A stretch of 64,000 nt of DNA from Candidatus Poribacteria bacterium (GTDB taxonomy: Bacteria > Poribacteria > WGA-4E > WGA-3G), in assembly GCA_965215265.1 (NCBI GenBank), contig OZ244048.1, forward strand, positions 3,807,812-3,871,811, written 5' to 3'. Shown one piece after another: positions 53,432 through 62,850 of the stretch. Positions within the stretch are counted from its first letter, which is position 1. Each line of letters starts with the position of its first letter. The notes under the pieces are model-generated. The model did not search any database, was not told the DNA's origin, and was given only the letters and a program-made list of their open reading frames with translations. The position numbers and the translations under genes were made by a program.

Positions 53432-54595
53432 ATGAAAAATCTACCGCCATACCCCGTGACCGTCGTGGGAAGTTTACCACGCTCACGGGCAGTTTCGAGA
53501 GGCTTGCGAAATAGACAGAGAGGCAGACTCCCCGAGTCAGAATTTAACGTGGTTGCAGATAAGGCAGTGCTTGAAAGCCTCAAGTTGCAAGAGAGCGCCG
53601 GTGTCGATATTGTCAGCGATGGAGAACAGCGGCGCGATAATTTCTATTCCTTCATCACGGAGTGTATTGAGGGCATCCGTTTGATGACGTTGGCACAAAT
53701 GCTTGACTATGTTGAGGATAAAGCTGCTTTTGAACAATTACTCAATGCGTTGGATGTGCCGGCATTCGCGTTAAAAAATCCGGTCGTTGATGGGAAATTA
53801 GTTCGGACTTCCGCACTCGTATTGAACGACTATCTCTTTCTGAAACAGCATACAACAAAACCGATCAAAGTCACGCTGCCGGGTCCGTATCTGCTGACCC
53901 GTTCTATGTGGGTGAAGCGTCTCTCCTACGAGTTTTATCCTGATAAAGAATCTCTCGGAGACGATGTGGTTCGAATTCTCCGGGAAGAATTGAGCGAACT
54001 ACGGGACGCAGGCTGTCAATTTGTTCAGTTTGACGAACCGGTGTTGACTGAAGTTGCATTTACGGGTCCGCACGAAACTCACACCTTTATGTGTGCGGCA
54101 CTTTCAGAAAAGAGCAGTCCGGAGGAAGAGCTCAACTTTGCCGTGGACTTAATGAATCGTGTAGTGAAGGGGATGGACGGTAAGATGAAAACGGCCTTGC
54201 ACGTTTGCCGCGGTAATTGGAGTCAGCAGGAGGAAGTGCTGCTCCGCGGCTCTTACGATTTGCTGATTCCGTATTTTAGTCGTATGAATGTGAACCAGTT
54301 TGTGCTGGAATATGCGACGGAGCGTGCTGGGAGTGTTGAGGTTCTCGGCGACTTACCTGCAGATAAAGAGATCGGGCTCGGTGTCGTTGACCCTCGGACA
54401 ACAGAGGTAGAATCGGTCTCTTTTGTGCTAAACAAGGTGCGCCCGCTCCTAAAGCATAGAAAGCCGGAACAGATATATCTTAACCCGGATTGTGGTTTCG
54501 GAACATTTGCCGACCGGCCTGTCAACACCACACAAATTGCGGCACGAAAGCTACAGGTTATTAGGGAAGCTGCCGAGATACTGCGCGCAGAGTAG
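53432..54595 (+). CDS. cobalamin-independent methionine synthase (MetE C-terminal-domain) family protein
   Basis: VVGSLPRS N-terminus. ...LNPDCGFGTF... zinc-ligand region typical of Meth_synt_2. 387 aa single-domain form. Confidence 0.6.
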   Translation: MKNLPPYPVTVVGSLPRSRAVSRGLRNRQRGRLPESEFNVVADKAVLESLKLQESAGVDIVSDGEQRRDNFYSFITECIEGIRLMTLAQMLDYVEDKAAFEQLLNALDVPAFALKNPVVDGKLVRTSALVLNDYLFLKQHTTKPIKVTLPGPYLLTRSMWVKRLSYEFYPDKESLGDDVVRILREELSELRDAGCQFVQFDEPVLTEVAFTGPHETHTFMCAALSEKSSPEEELNFAVDLMNRVVKGMDGKMKTALHVCRGNWSQQEEVLLRGSYDLLIPYFSRMNVNQFVLEYATERAGSVEVLGDLPADKEIGLGVVDPRTTEVESVSFVLNKVRPLLKHRKPEQIYLNPDCGFGTFADRPVNTTQIAARKLQVIREAAEILRAE

Positions 54596-54729
54596 CCTAT
54601 TTTTGTATGAGAAAAATAGGTAGACGCAGTTTTGCGGGATGCTAGCTAGCAAAGCGCGCCTACCGGAAAATGACAACATTCAATTCTTGACTTTGCCGGG
54701 TGAAGGTCAAAATCAATGCGGTTCTGACT

Positions 54730-55656
54730 TTAGTCGGTTTGCGCTCGATCTAGCCACCCTGGCAGCTTTATCTTCTCAGATAATTTCCACGCCGTGAGGT
54801 AGAGGGAGGCGGTCCAGCGTACTGACTCACGCGCCCGTTCATTCGCAAAATCGACGAGTGCCGGCGTTGGAGTTTCCCAACTTTTCAGAGGGGCTGCCAA
54901 TTCATAGACGCTATCAACTAAGCCGTGTCCGGCTTTCATCTGTTGGATAATTGCGGGCATCAGTTCGTCGACAGGCATGATGTGCTGGCCATTCGCCAAT
55001 TCGGTTGCATCCAATTCGAGTCTTTCAATGAGTGCGTCAACAGTCTCATGGATGCCGGCATGCAGCCGTGTTCCATCCTCTTGGACAATCCCGTTGAAAT
55101 GAATCGTCAGGTGTAAAGGCTGACACATATCTTGCGCGTAGTGTGATAGGAACCCCGCATAGACAAAACATTTGTTCTGAATGATGGGATTATCTGGCCA
55201 TTTGCGATATTCAGCGAAAGCAACAGCGAGTCGTTCTGTCCACTCTGCCAGTGCGTAAGGCAGGGTGCCAATTGTACGTGGTGCGAGTCCTAATTCAGCG
55301 CATAACTTAATATGTGCCTCGCGTCCGTCTGGAACGGGATGCCCTTTTAGCAGTTCTATGTCAAAATAGTGTTCGCCGTATTCGGCCTGCCGAGCGTGTG
55401 GGGTGCCACGCCCCTTGGATATATCCGGGTCGTAGGCACAGTGCGCAACCATTTTTTCGGCTGTACCGGAGCGGAAAAATTGAGGCATCTCTTCGGGTAG
55501 TGCCTTGACTGCTGCTTGTGTGAGGATGTCGTGCCCGCCACCCCACCAGGTCCATGCTGGGATAGTAAGCGTGAGAAGGAAAAGAGAGAAAACAGTGCAG
55601 AGACTGGAGGGGCGCTTACAAAACGCACCTATAGGGACATATTGGAAATACTTCAT
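54730..55656 (-). CDS. S1/P1-nuclease / zinc-dependent phospholipase-C superfamily protein, secreted
   Basis: N-terminal W-x-x-G-H (WWGGGHDIL). HYFDIE. HYAQDMCQPLH and HFNG zinc-ligand motifs. Hydrophobic leader. Confidence 0.55.
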   Translation of the reverse strand: MKYFQYVPIGAFCKRPSSLCTVFSLFLLTLTIPAWTWWGGGHDILTQAAVKALPEEMPQFFRSGTAEKMVAHCAYDPDISKGRGTPHARQAEYGEHYFDIELLKGHPVPDGREAHIKLCAELGLAPRTIGTLPYALAEWTERLAVAFAEYRKWPDNPIIQNKCFVYAGFLSHYAQDMCQPLHLTIHFNGIVQEDGTRLHAGIHETVDALIERLELDATELANGQHIMPVDELMPAIIQQMKAGHGLVDSVYELAAPLKSWETPTPALVDFANERARESVRWTASLYLTAWKLSEKIKLPGWLDRAQTD

Positions 55657-55681
55657 AGTTCTCCTATTTTTTTAGCCGTCG

Positions 55682-56632
55682 CTATAAACTAAGGTACGCT
55701 GCGGCATTCGTTTCTTGCCATTGGAATTGGAGTCGAGCGGTTTCGTGCGGCTTAAATGATGTTGCAACGTTGTCAACGGCGGGCCCGACGATGTCAATCT
55801 TATCCAAATCGGCTGTGCCGTAGCCCATCTCATTTGCATAGTGGAATAGCCCTATCTCCAACGGCTCAAATCCCATCGCTTTTGCTGTGACAGCATCTGC
55901 GGCGAATACATCGCCGCTGGCGATTGCAATGCCGAGTGGGACAGAATCCGTACCGCCGGGCCCGTTGCCTTGCAGTCCAACGGTGCCGTCAACAATCGCG
56001 ATGTCGGGCATGAGTGGACGTGAAAGGCGAAGCAGGTTCATATTAAGTGTCTGCGCTTCACGCGGTAGCACACGATCTGCGTGGCTATGATACCCATGCA
56101 TCTTGATCCGGTCTGCTTTGTGCAACGTCCCCATAATCATATTCTTCATTGCGAGCGTTACCACACCAGCATCGTGTGTTTTGGCAATCGCCACCGAAAT
56201 TGTGCATGGACACTCTAACACGCGTTTCGGCATTCGGACGGTATCTTGCTCACGTCCGGCGAGGAACACTTTCGCTTCTTCCCATCGGGTTTCTTGATGC
56301 AAATCGACGAACTGAATAGGAATGTCGTATTCCGCTTGCAGGGCATCATAGCCGAAGACCTGGAATGCCTCTCCGGAAAACTTCTCATTTGCCCCTTCAG
56401 CAATGATGACTTCTGTTGGTGGATTCGGCGTGCTTAGCAAAAAGTCTAACGCACCGCGTATTGCATCGACATGCGATGACGCGAGTTGATTCGTGCTGGA
56501 GAGGAAATTCGGTTTCAATAGGACCTGCTCTTGGACTTTCGGTATGAGTTCCTCTCGTATATTATCTAACGCCTCAAAAACGTTAGAACGGCGTCTACCT
56601 GTTTTGGCAAGTCCAACTTTTGTCGTTTCCAT
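55682..56632 (-). CDS. DUF362-like protein
   Basis: 316 aa. Weak resemblance to the DUF362 N-terminus (LLKPNF). Low certainty. Confidence 0.35.
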   Translation of the reverse strand: METTKVGLAKTGRRRSNVFEALDNIREELIPKVQEQVLLKPNFLSSTNQLASSHVDAIRGALDFLLSTPNPPTEVIIAEGANEKFSGEAFQVFGYDALQAEYDIPIQFVDLHQETRWEEAKVFLAGREQDTVRMPKRVLECPCTISVAIAKTHDAGVVTLAMKNMIMGTLHKADRIKMHGYHSHADRVLPREAQTLNMNLLRLSRPLMPDIAIVDGTVGLQGNGPGGTDSVPLGIAIASGDVFAADAVTAKAMGFEPLEIGLFHYANEMGYGTADLDKIDIVGPAVDNVATSFKPHETARLQFQWQETNAAAYLSL

Positions 56633-56703
56633 AAAGTATCTCCTTTGCTTTTTCGTCGTTCCCTAACGGGAGTGGTGAGGCTTATCGGATAAATAGAGGT
56701 ATC

Positions 56704-57642
56704 CTACCAGCTCGCTCGCCTCGTTCGCCTCGTTAGGCAATTTTTGTCGTTCTCTAACCGGATAGGTTCGAGGATAGGTCTCAAAAATCCGTTATGTTTT
56801 TCTAATAGTGTGCGTGCATCGGTTGCGTTCATCCCGCATGCTAGCATGACAATCGCCACCTTCGCGCTACCATCTGCCTTCGCTAAGGTTGCTTCGGCCG
56901 TTACCCCATCAACGCTTGTGATAGTTTGCACAATTCTGATGCTGCGTGCGACAAGTTTCGCGTTAGATGCCTGCACATCTACCATCAGGTTGTTGTAAAC
57001 CTTACCGATTTTGAGCATTGAAATCGTCGTCAGCATATTGAGTACCAGTTTTGTGGCAGTGCCTGCTTTCAATCGGGTTGAGCCCGTCACAAGTTCGGGT
57101 CCGACGATAGGTGCGATGAAATAGTCTACGAATTTGTTCAATTCTGTTGTGGGTGGTACACAACAGAGAAATATGGTTGTAGTGCCGATGGCATGCGCTT
57201 CGTCTAATGCACCGAGGACGTAAGGTGTGCGTCCACTACTTGCGATGCCAACGATGACATCTTTTGGCGTGAGCTGCCGTGCACGGATTTCTTGTTTTCC
57301 ACGTTCAGCTTTATCCTCTTCGCCTTCAACTGAACGACGTAAGGCGATGTCGCCTCCAGCAATAATCGCTTGGACCATCTCCGGCGGAGTGCTGAAGGTT
57401 GGTGGGCACTCAGAGGCATCAAGCACCGCCAGCCGTCCACTCGTTCCGGCTCCGACATAAAACAGACGTCCGCCGTGGCGAAAGGCGTTTGTGATTACGT
57501 CAACGGCTTGGGCGATTGCCTCAGCTTCAGCCTCTACTGCCGCTGCTGCTTTTAGATCCTCTTGGTTGAAAAGCTGAACGATTTCTAACGTTGATTTCAG
57601 ATCTATGTCAATTGAATTTGAATTTCGTTGTTCCGTAATCAT
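56704..57642 (-). CDS. murQ: N-acetylmuramic acid 6-phosphate etherase
   Basis: SIS domain GRLFYVGAGTSGRLAVLDASECPPTFS is nearly identical to the MurQ consensus. Start MITEQ as in E. coli MurQ. Confidence 0.85.
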   Translation of the reverse strand: MITEQRNSNSIDIDLKSTLEIVQLFNQEDLKAAAAVEAEAEAIAQAVDVITNAFRHGGRLFYVGAGTSGRLAVLDASECPPTFSTPPEMVQAIIAGGDIALRRSVEGEEDKAERGKQEIRARQLTPKDVIVGIASSGRTPYVLGALDEAHAIGTTTIFLCCVPPTTELNKFVDYFIAPIVGPELVTGSTRLKAGTATKLVLNMLTTISMLKIGKVYNNLMVDVQASNAKLVARSIRIVQTITSVDGVTAEATLAKADGSAKVAIVMLACGMNATDARTLLEKHNGFLRPILEPIRLENDKNCLTRRTRRASW

Positions 57643-57707
57643 TTTTATAGACTTAACGAATAAGGTCGGCACGGTGCGCGAGGTTCCGTGTGTATTTCGT
57701 CAAATAT

Positions 57708-58664
57708 TTACCCGTGCCTTGCTAACAAGACAGCACCGTATGCAGGTTCGTGCTTCGGAAGTATGACTGCCGCCGTGGATGTAAACCTCTCAATCCGGCT
57801 GCGGAGTACGTGAACAAACAAGGGTTCATGCAGCAAATTTCCACCACTGAGAACAATCTCAAAAGGTTCCGTGAATGCTAACCGCTTTATCACGACTGCT
57901 GTCGCGTGTGCGAGTTCCTGAGCTGCAGTGGTAACGAGTTGTTTCGCGGCCCGGTCGCCTGCTTCAGCTGCACGAAAGACTTCTTCTGCAAGCCGAGCGA
58001 TTTCCTCTCGTTTCGCTGCATGCACCCAGGGTATGAGTTCGGTGGATGCATTTAATCCCAATTTGTTGAGGAGCCGGTTTGTCAATTCAGTAGCGTATGT
58101 TCTGCCATCAGCTGCACGTGCTACCGCTTGAAGTCCTTTTAAACCGATGTCGTACCCGCTGCCTTCATCTCCGAGCAGGTATCCCCATCCACCAGCGCGT
58201 GCTTCTTGCGCATGTGCGTTAATGCCGTAGACGATGGAACCGGTCCCCGATATAACAATGATGCCTTCCTGTTTTTCGGTACCGCCGATCAGGGCGATGT
58301 GTGCATCGTGTGTGAGAATCCTATTTTCTCCGATACCCAGTTCATCGCAAATGCTGTTGATGATGTATCGATCTGCGTTACGTCCCAAGCCTGCCATCCC
58401 CAAGCAGATTTTTGCACACGTAAATGGGAAAGCTGCACCGGCCTGGCGTTTCGCACACCACTCTTGCTGGCTATCTGAGGCAGCACAACCTGCTCGTTCA
58501 AAAAGTCCGGAGATAAGTGTTTCCAAAACCGCTTTCGTGCGTGCTTCGCCAACCACGTGGTAATTTGAGGGTCCCGCTTCCATTTGTGCGATACGTTCGC
58601 CTGTCTCTGTGGTTAGGATACCAACTGTTTTAGTTCCACCCCCGTCGATCCCGATGATGTACAT
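57708..58664 (-). CDS. BadF/BadG/BcrA/BcrD-type ATPase, N-acetylglucosamine/N-acetylmuramate kinase-like (MurK-like)
   Basis: MYIIGIDGGGTKT phosphate-1 motif. Adjacent to murQ (MurNAc recycling pair). Confidence 0.7.
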   Translation of the reverse strand: MYIIGIDGGGTKTVGILTTETGERIAQMEAGPSNYHVVGEARTKAVLETLISGLFERAGCAASDSQQEWCAKRQAGAAFPFTCAKICLGMAGLGRNADRYIINSICDELGIGENRILTHDAHIALIGGTEKQEGIIVISGTGSIVYGINAHAQEARAGGWGYLLGDEGSGYDIGLKGLQAVARAADGRTYATELTNRLLNKLGLNASTELIPWVHAAKREEIARLAEEVFRAAEAGDRAAKQLVTTAAQELAHATAVVIKRLAFTEPFEIVLSGGNLLHEPLFVHVLRSRIERFTSTAAVILPKHEPAYGAVLLARHG

Positions 58665-58779
58665 GATATCTGTCTCGCTGCTGCTTGACAATTTGGCGTT
58701 GTTTTTCTATAATGTAATATATCACAATTTTGGAAATAAATGCGATCAATTTCTACGTTTAACCGTGGAGGTACAGAAG

Positions 58780-59766
58780 ATGAAAAAAAAGAATTGGGAA
58801 TCGCGCTTAGCTGCTCATGCGGAAAAGATAAAAACATTACTTAGACTTGCACTCATCGGGCTATGTGGCGGCCTCGTTTTCCTCGGTTGTACTCAGGATG
58901 ACGGAGAAATGGAGTGGCAACAGATTGAGAGTGGTACAGAGGCGCATCTCTACGGTGTCCATTTCGTTGACGCGAAACATGGATGGGCAGTCGGCAGCGG
59001 AGGTATCGTGCTAAAGACGACCAACGGTGGGTTGAAATGGGGCTCTCAGTCGATTTCCGGAGCGGTTGCTAAAAATACCTTAACCCAAGTGAATTTTACA
59101 ACGCCGGACAATGGGTGGGTTGTTAGCATCGGAACGGTGCTTTATACGGGAAACGCAGGGGAATCGTGGCATCCACAAAACCCTAATACCAAAAATGGGC
59201 TGTTGGATCTGCATTTCGTTGGCACGACGGAAGGATGGGCAGTCGGTGGAAGAGGGACCATTCTCCACACACAGAACGGAGGTACCCAGTGGAAACAACA
59301 GAGAAGCCCCTCAGAGAAACACTTGTGGAGTGTACATTTTGTTGATAATCAGAACGGCTGGATTGTCGGTGAAGAAGGTGAGATACTGCATACACGAGAC
59401 GGCGGTCAGCAGTGGATACTTCAAAAAAGTACCGTTGAACAACCGTTATTCGCCGTCCATTTCGCGAATCTCCTGGACGGGTGGATTGTGGGAACAAATG
59501 GGTTGATTCTCCACACAGCGAATGGAGGACTGCGATGGCAGCGGCAGCAGACTCCAGTGAAGTTAAACTTACGAGATGTTGCATTTCACGATGAACTCCG
59601 CGGGTGGGCAGTGGGGGAAAAAGGATTAATTCTTCACACAATTGATGGGGGACAAACGTGGAGCCAATACCACTCGCCAGCCGAACAAAATCTTCAAGAC
59701 ATTTATCTCTTTAAAACAAAAGGTTGGATTGTCGGTGGAAAAGGGACACTCTTGCGGAGTGATTAG
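58780..59766 (+). CDS. BNR/Ycf48-like beta-propeller lipoprotein
   Basis: Lipobox LVFLGCTQ. Five or more repeats of T(x)(N/D)GG(x)(K/Q/R/T)W. ATG 58780 with SD GGAGG. Confidence 0.7.
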   Translation: MKKKNWESRLAAHAEKIKTLLRLALIGLCGGLVFLGCTQDDGEMEWQQIESGTEAHLYGVHFVDAKHGWAVGSGGIVLKTTNGGLKWGSQSISGAVAKNTLTQVNFTTPDNGWVVSIGTVLYTGNAGESWHPQNPNTKNGLLDLHFVGTTEGWAVGGRGTILHTQNGGTQWKQQRSPSEKHLWSVHFVDNQNGWIVGEEGEILHTRDGGQQWILQKSTVEQPLFAVHFANLLDGWIVGTNGLILHTANGGLRWQRQQTPVKLNLRDVAFHDELRGWAVGEKGLILHTIDGGQTWSQYHSPAEQNLQDIYLFKTKGWIVGGKGTLLRSD

Positions 59767-60024
59767 ACTTCAAAATCTTCATCCACATTATGAAAGATGT
59801 TAATAGTCAAGTGAGAATAACTCATAGAGCCTTTCTGTCAGAGCGCAGATCGCTTTGTCACTATTCAGGTACTCGCCCGAAAGAGTCGCACTCGCGGAGA
59901 ACGAACATAACCCTCACCGCAGGACGGAAGACAAGCGCGCTCCAAGTTTTTTACGTTTCTGTAACTAACGGACTGATTCCGATAGCAACGGTTGGCTGTA
60001 TCTGTTATCTGATAGCATACGGTG

Positions 60025-60399
60025 TTACATGCACAGTTTGTAAATCCAGCGGAACATGCACAGGACAATCGCACTGATGAGAATTATGTTTCTGGTTAGA
60101 TGCGAGCGTTGATTCCAGGTTTTTGCTATCCAAGTTGGGAAAAACGCCGTCCCGATTGCCAAGGCAAGAATCAAGAATGAAAAGGGATGATAACCCCATG
60201 CGTCGGCAAACTTTCCTTGTATGAGGGCGAGGCATGCACGTGTCATGCCACACCCAGGACAAGGGATGTCTGTCAACATATCAAACGGACAGCGGATTAA
60301 TGAAATGACCGCTGGTATGGTTCCTATCCATGCGACGTACAGTGCGAGCACAACCAGACTGATCAGAAATAGACGTGCAAGATGAGTGTGGTTAACCAT
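60025..60399 (-). CDS. DUF2752 family membrane protein
   Basis: CPFDMLTDIPCPGCGMTRA motif characteristic of DUF2752. Confidence 0.6.
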   Translation of the reverse strand: MVNHTHLARLFLISLVVLALYVAWIGTIPAVISLIRCPFDMLTDIPCPGCGMTRACLALIQGKFADAWGYHPFSFLILALAIGTAFFPTWIAKTWNQRSHLTRNIILISAIVLCMFRWIYKLCM

Positions 60400-60860
60400 T
60401 TTCGTGGCGTAAGCGGATAAGGCGGGTCTAGCCGGAACCTTCCATTACCTATCTCACCAGAGGCTTTCCTATTATGTTTGAGTCGTGTTATAAAACTTAT
60501 TGATATGGTGCTGCTGGATAGCAAGCGAGGCAATACCAACACCGAAAATCGCCACAAAACACAGGTGGCGGGCAAACTTGTATCAACTCTCAGTTTATTG
60601 TTCTCCTGGACTTCGTTAATACCGGATGCCATTCTGTACTCGTAATAAATACCATAGATGCCGCAGGTGAGAAGGTAAAAGAAAAACCACTGCCAAAAAG
60701 AGTACTCGTCTCTTTTAAGCCAAGCATTAAGCGTCTCCATCTGTTTGTATTGCCAGTATAATCCATAGATGCCACAAGTAATCAAGCTTAACAAAATTCC
60801 GGCCAGAATACTTCTTACCGCGTCATACTCTGGATAGGGGTACTGATCGCGCATAAACAA
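60363..60860 (-). CDS. DUF4234-like small membrane protein (3' boundary uncertain)
   Basis: Repeated TCGIYG(L/I)YW segments. C-terminal ~60 codons look non-coding but lack a stop. Confidence 0.4.
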   Translation of the reverse strand: MFMRDQYPYPEYDAVRSILAGILLSLITCGIYGLYWQYKQMETLNAWLKRDEYSFWQWFFFYLLTCGIYGIYYEYRMASGINEVQENNKLRVDTSLPATCVLWRFSVLVLPRLLSSSTISISFITRLKHNRKASGEIGNGRFRLDPPYPLTPRKWLTTLILHVYF

Positions 60861-60956
60861 TCTCCTTGCATTTGCATAGGTGAGAAATTAGAGTTTAGGA
60901 TAATGAAGTGTCCACACTTAAAAGACGAACGGTTTTGAAAAGAAAGAAAAAATGTG

Positions 60957-61205
60957 CTACACACCTATTGCGTACCCATCGTGCCTCGGATCTGCACCGC
61001 CCATAAAACTTCCCTCTTCCGGGTCGAAAGCGATGCCTTGCCCGCCGCCGGCAGTCGCTGTCCAGCTCGGGAGCACCTCAACCTCATGTCCACGGACTTC
61101 CAATGCCGCACGCACGGAAACGGGGATATGTTCCTCTACACCGACATGCGTGCCTGGATTTATGAGGCGGATGCGGGGTGCTTCAATAGCCGCCTGAATG
61201 TTCAT
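60957..61205 (-). pseudogene. gamma-glutamyltranspeptidase C-terminal fragment (82 codons)
   Basis: ...FDPEEGSFMGGADPRHDGYAIGV matches the extreme C-terminus of the GGT small subunit. ~450 upstream codons absent. Confidence 0.5.
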
Positions 61206-61451
61206 CTTGTGTTCAATTCATTGGGAGCACTGCTCCCTTCTCATTAAAAACGGTGGTGCCACAGTTTTTGTGCCCGGTAGCGGTGCATATTTAACCAAAG
61301 TAGCAACATTAAACGCACGGCTACCGGTTTTAGTGCTAAAAAATTATAGCACATTTCAGGTTTTTTTTTGCAAAATCTTTTTTCGTCACATGGAGCGATA
61401 ATGCAACCTTGGGTGTGAGACATCACACGCCATCTGGTATCAGGTGAGACT

Positions 61452-61649
61452 TTAAAATATGCCGAACCCTAAAACAAGCCGGATAGTACCCAAGAAAATT
61501 GCAACAGCACAACAGATGAGTCCAGCAACCGCTAACTCTTTCTGGGCTGATACGATAACGGCAAGGATGCTAAAACAGAGGCCAAGCCTAGTAAACGGAA
61601 TGTTAACGTAGTTGAATGCTCCAAGGCACGGAATAACGCCAAACAACAT
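61452..61649 (-). CDS. small two-TM membrane protein, hypothetical
   Basis: 65 aa from internal ATG (MLFGVIPCLGAF...). N-terminal extension of the listed ORF is non-hydrophobic and His/Arg-rich. Confidence 0.3.
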   Translation of the reverse strand: MLFGVIPCLGAFNYVNIPFTRLGLCFSILAVIVSAQKELAVAGLICCAVAIFLGTIRLVLGFGIF

Positions 61650-62041
61650 TCCCACAAATTGAGTATCATCTGTAACGTGGTTTGAAGAATACCGTGGCTG
61701 CCCGGGGTGCCAATTGCAGCGAACGGCTGTCCTGCTTTCCAGACTTGACTTGGCATGGTGCCATACACATCTCGATGCGTTTATGTGGTGCAACAGCGTT
61801 CGGGCTCATCGGTTCCCTGTCAAACCAGTTCATAAAATTGTTGAGAAACATTCCAGTGGTGCCGAGAATTTCGCCTGAGCCGAACGGTTGTCCGAGGCTC
61901 TGTGTAACTGCGACGTTGAACGGTGCGTTGTGCCGTGTGATGGAAATGCCATTTTTATAGAGTCCTCTTTTTGGTATCGGGAACCGATCCGGTTAACTTG
62001 ACGAGAACGTTCTTGTACCTATCTTGTCTAAAATAGAGAAT

Positions 62042-62326
62042 CTATTTTTTCATAAAACACTGCCGAAACCGGTACCATCGCAGCCGCCACATCAACTTCT
62101 TTCTATCAATGCGATGAACAAAAATCCGTTTTCCATCTATTTCGAGCACCGGAATTAAGTGCTTATATTTTGTAAACACACCGAGATTTTTTGTGATGTC
62201 AATCTCTGTGAGTTGAAAAATAGTGGCTGATTTCGCCGAAATCATTTGCAGTTCCGCTTTTGCTTCATCGCAGAGCGGGCAGTCCGGTTTTGTATAGAAT
62301 TGAACCTGAATTTTTTCGTGTTTCAC
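62042..62326 (-). CDS. glutaredoxin-like protein (Glutaredoxin_2/DUF836 family)
   Basis: VQFYTKPDCPLCDEAKAELQ with C-P-x-C active site. ~90 aa. Confidence 0.65.
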   Translation of the reverse strand: MKHEKIQVQFYTKPDCPLCDEAKAELQMISAKSATIFQLTEIDITKNLGVFTKYKHLIPVLEIDGKRIFVHRIDRKKLMWRLRWYRFRQCFMKK

Positions 62327-62784
62327 ATGCGTACTTTTGTATCCATTAACATGCGTGCCGGTAGCGTGAAAAACTCGTGCCTGATTTCCGATGTAACTTC
62401 ACTGTAAAGGAAAACTTAGATGATGTCAACTTATTTTACATATCACTTGAACGGCTTGGAAGAGATGAAACTGAAGTTTTTTGTGCTTCTGTTGCTGCGA
62501 CCTCCGGCTCCTCGTTGTCCGAGGGTTCGCGTCGTCTTTTTTCGCAGCTCTCTTGCGCCGCGCGGACTCACAACTTTTCTCATACACAGACTCCGCCATC
62601 GCCCCCACCCGCAACTCACAAAAAAAGTGCCGCTAAATCAGACACCCCACATTTTTCTTACAAATTTTTTTCAAATATGATATATTAATGTGAACATCAT
62701 AAAAATCAGCCTGACAATGTTGAAAACCTGCTTATCAGAGGAGACAACCGCATGCACAATAAACTCACAAAGCCCAGACTCGTC

Positions 62785-62850
62785 CCTCAACTGCATCGCC
62801 CCAGAGGAGCAAACGCACCTCAACTGCATCGCCCCATAGGAGCAAACGCA
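62785..62850 (+). repeat. 33-bp perfect tandem duplication covering the RBS of the Type IIL gene
   Basis: CCTCAACTGCATCGCCCCA(G/T)AGGAGCAAACGCA x2 (62785-62817, 62818-62850). The second copy ends in the A of the ATG. Each copy carries an AGGAG SD. Confidence 0.8.

Noticed and set aside
62377-62688. 103-aa plus-strand ORF before the Type IIL gene
   Set aside because: Ser/Pro/Thr-rich low-complexity translation, no start context. Likely non-coding leader DNA.
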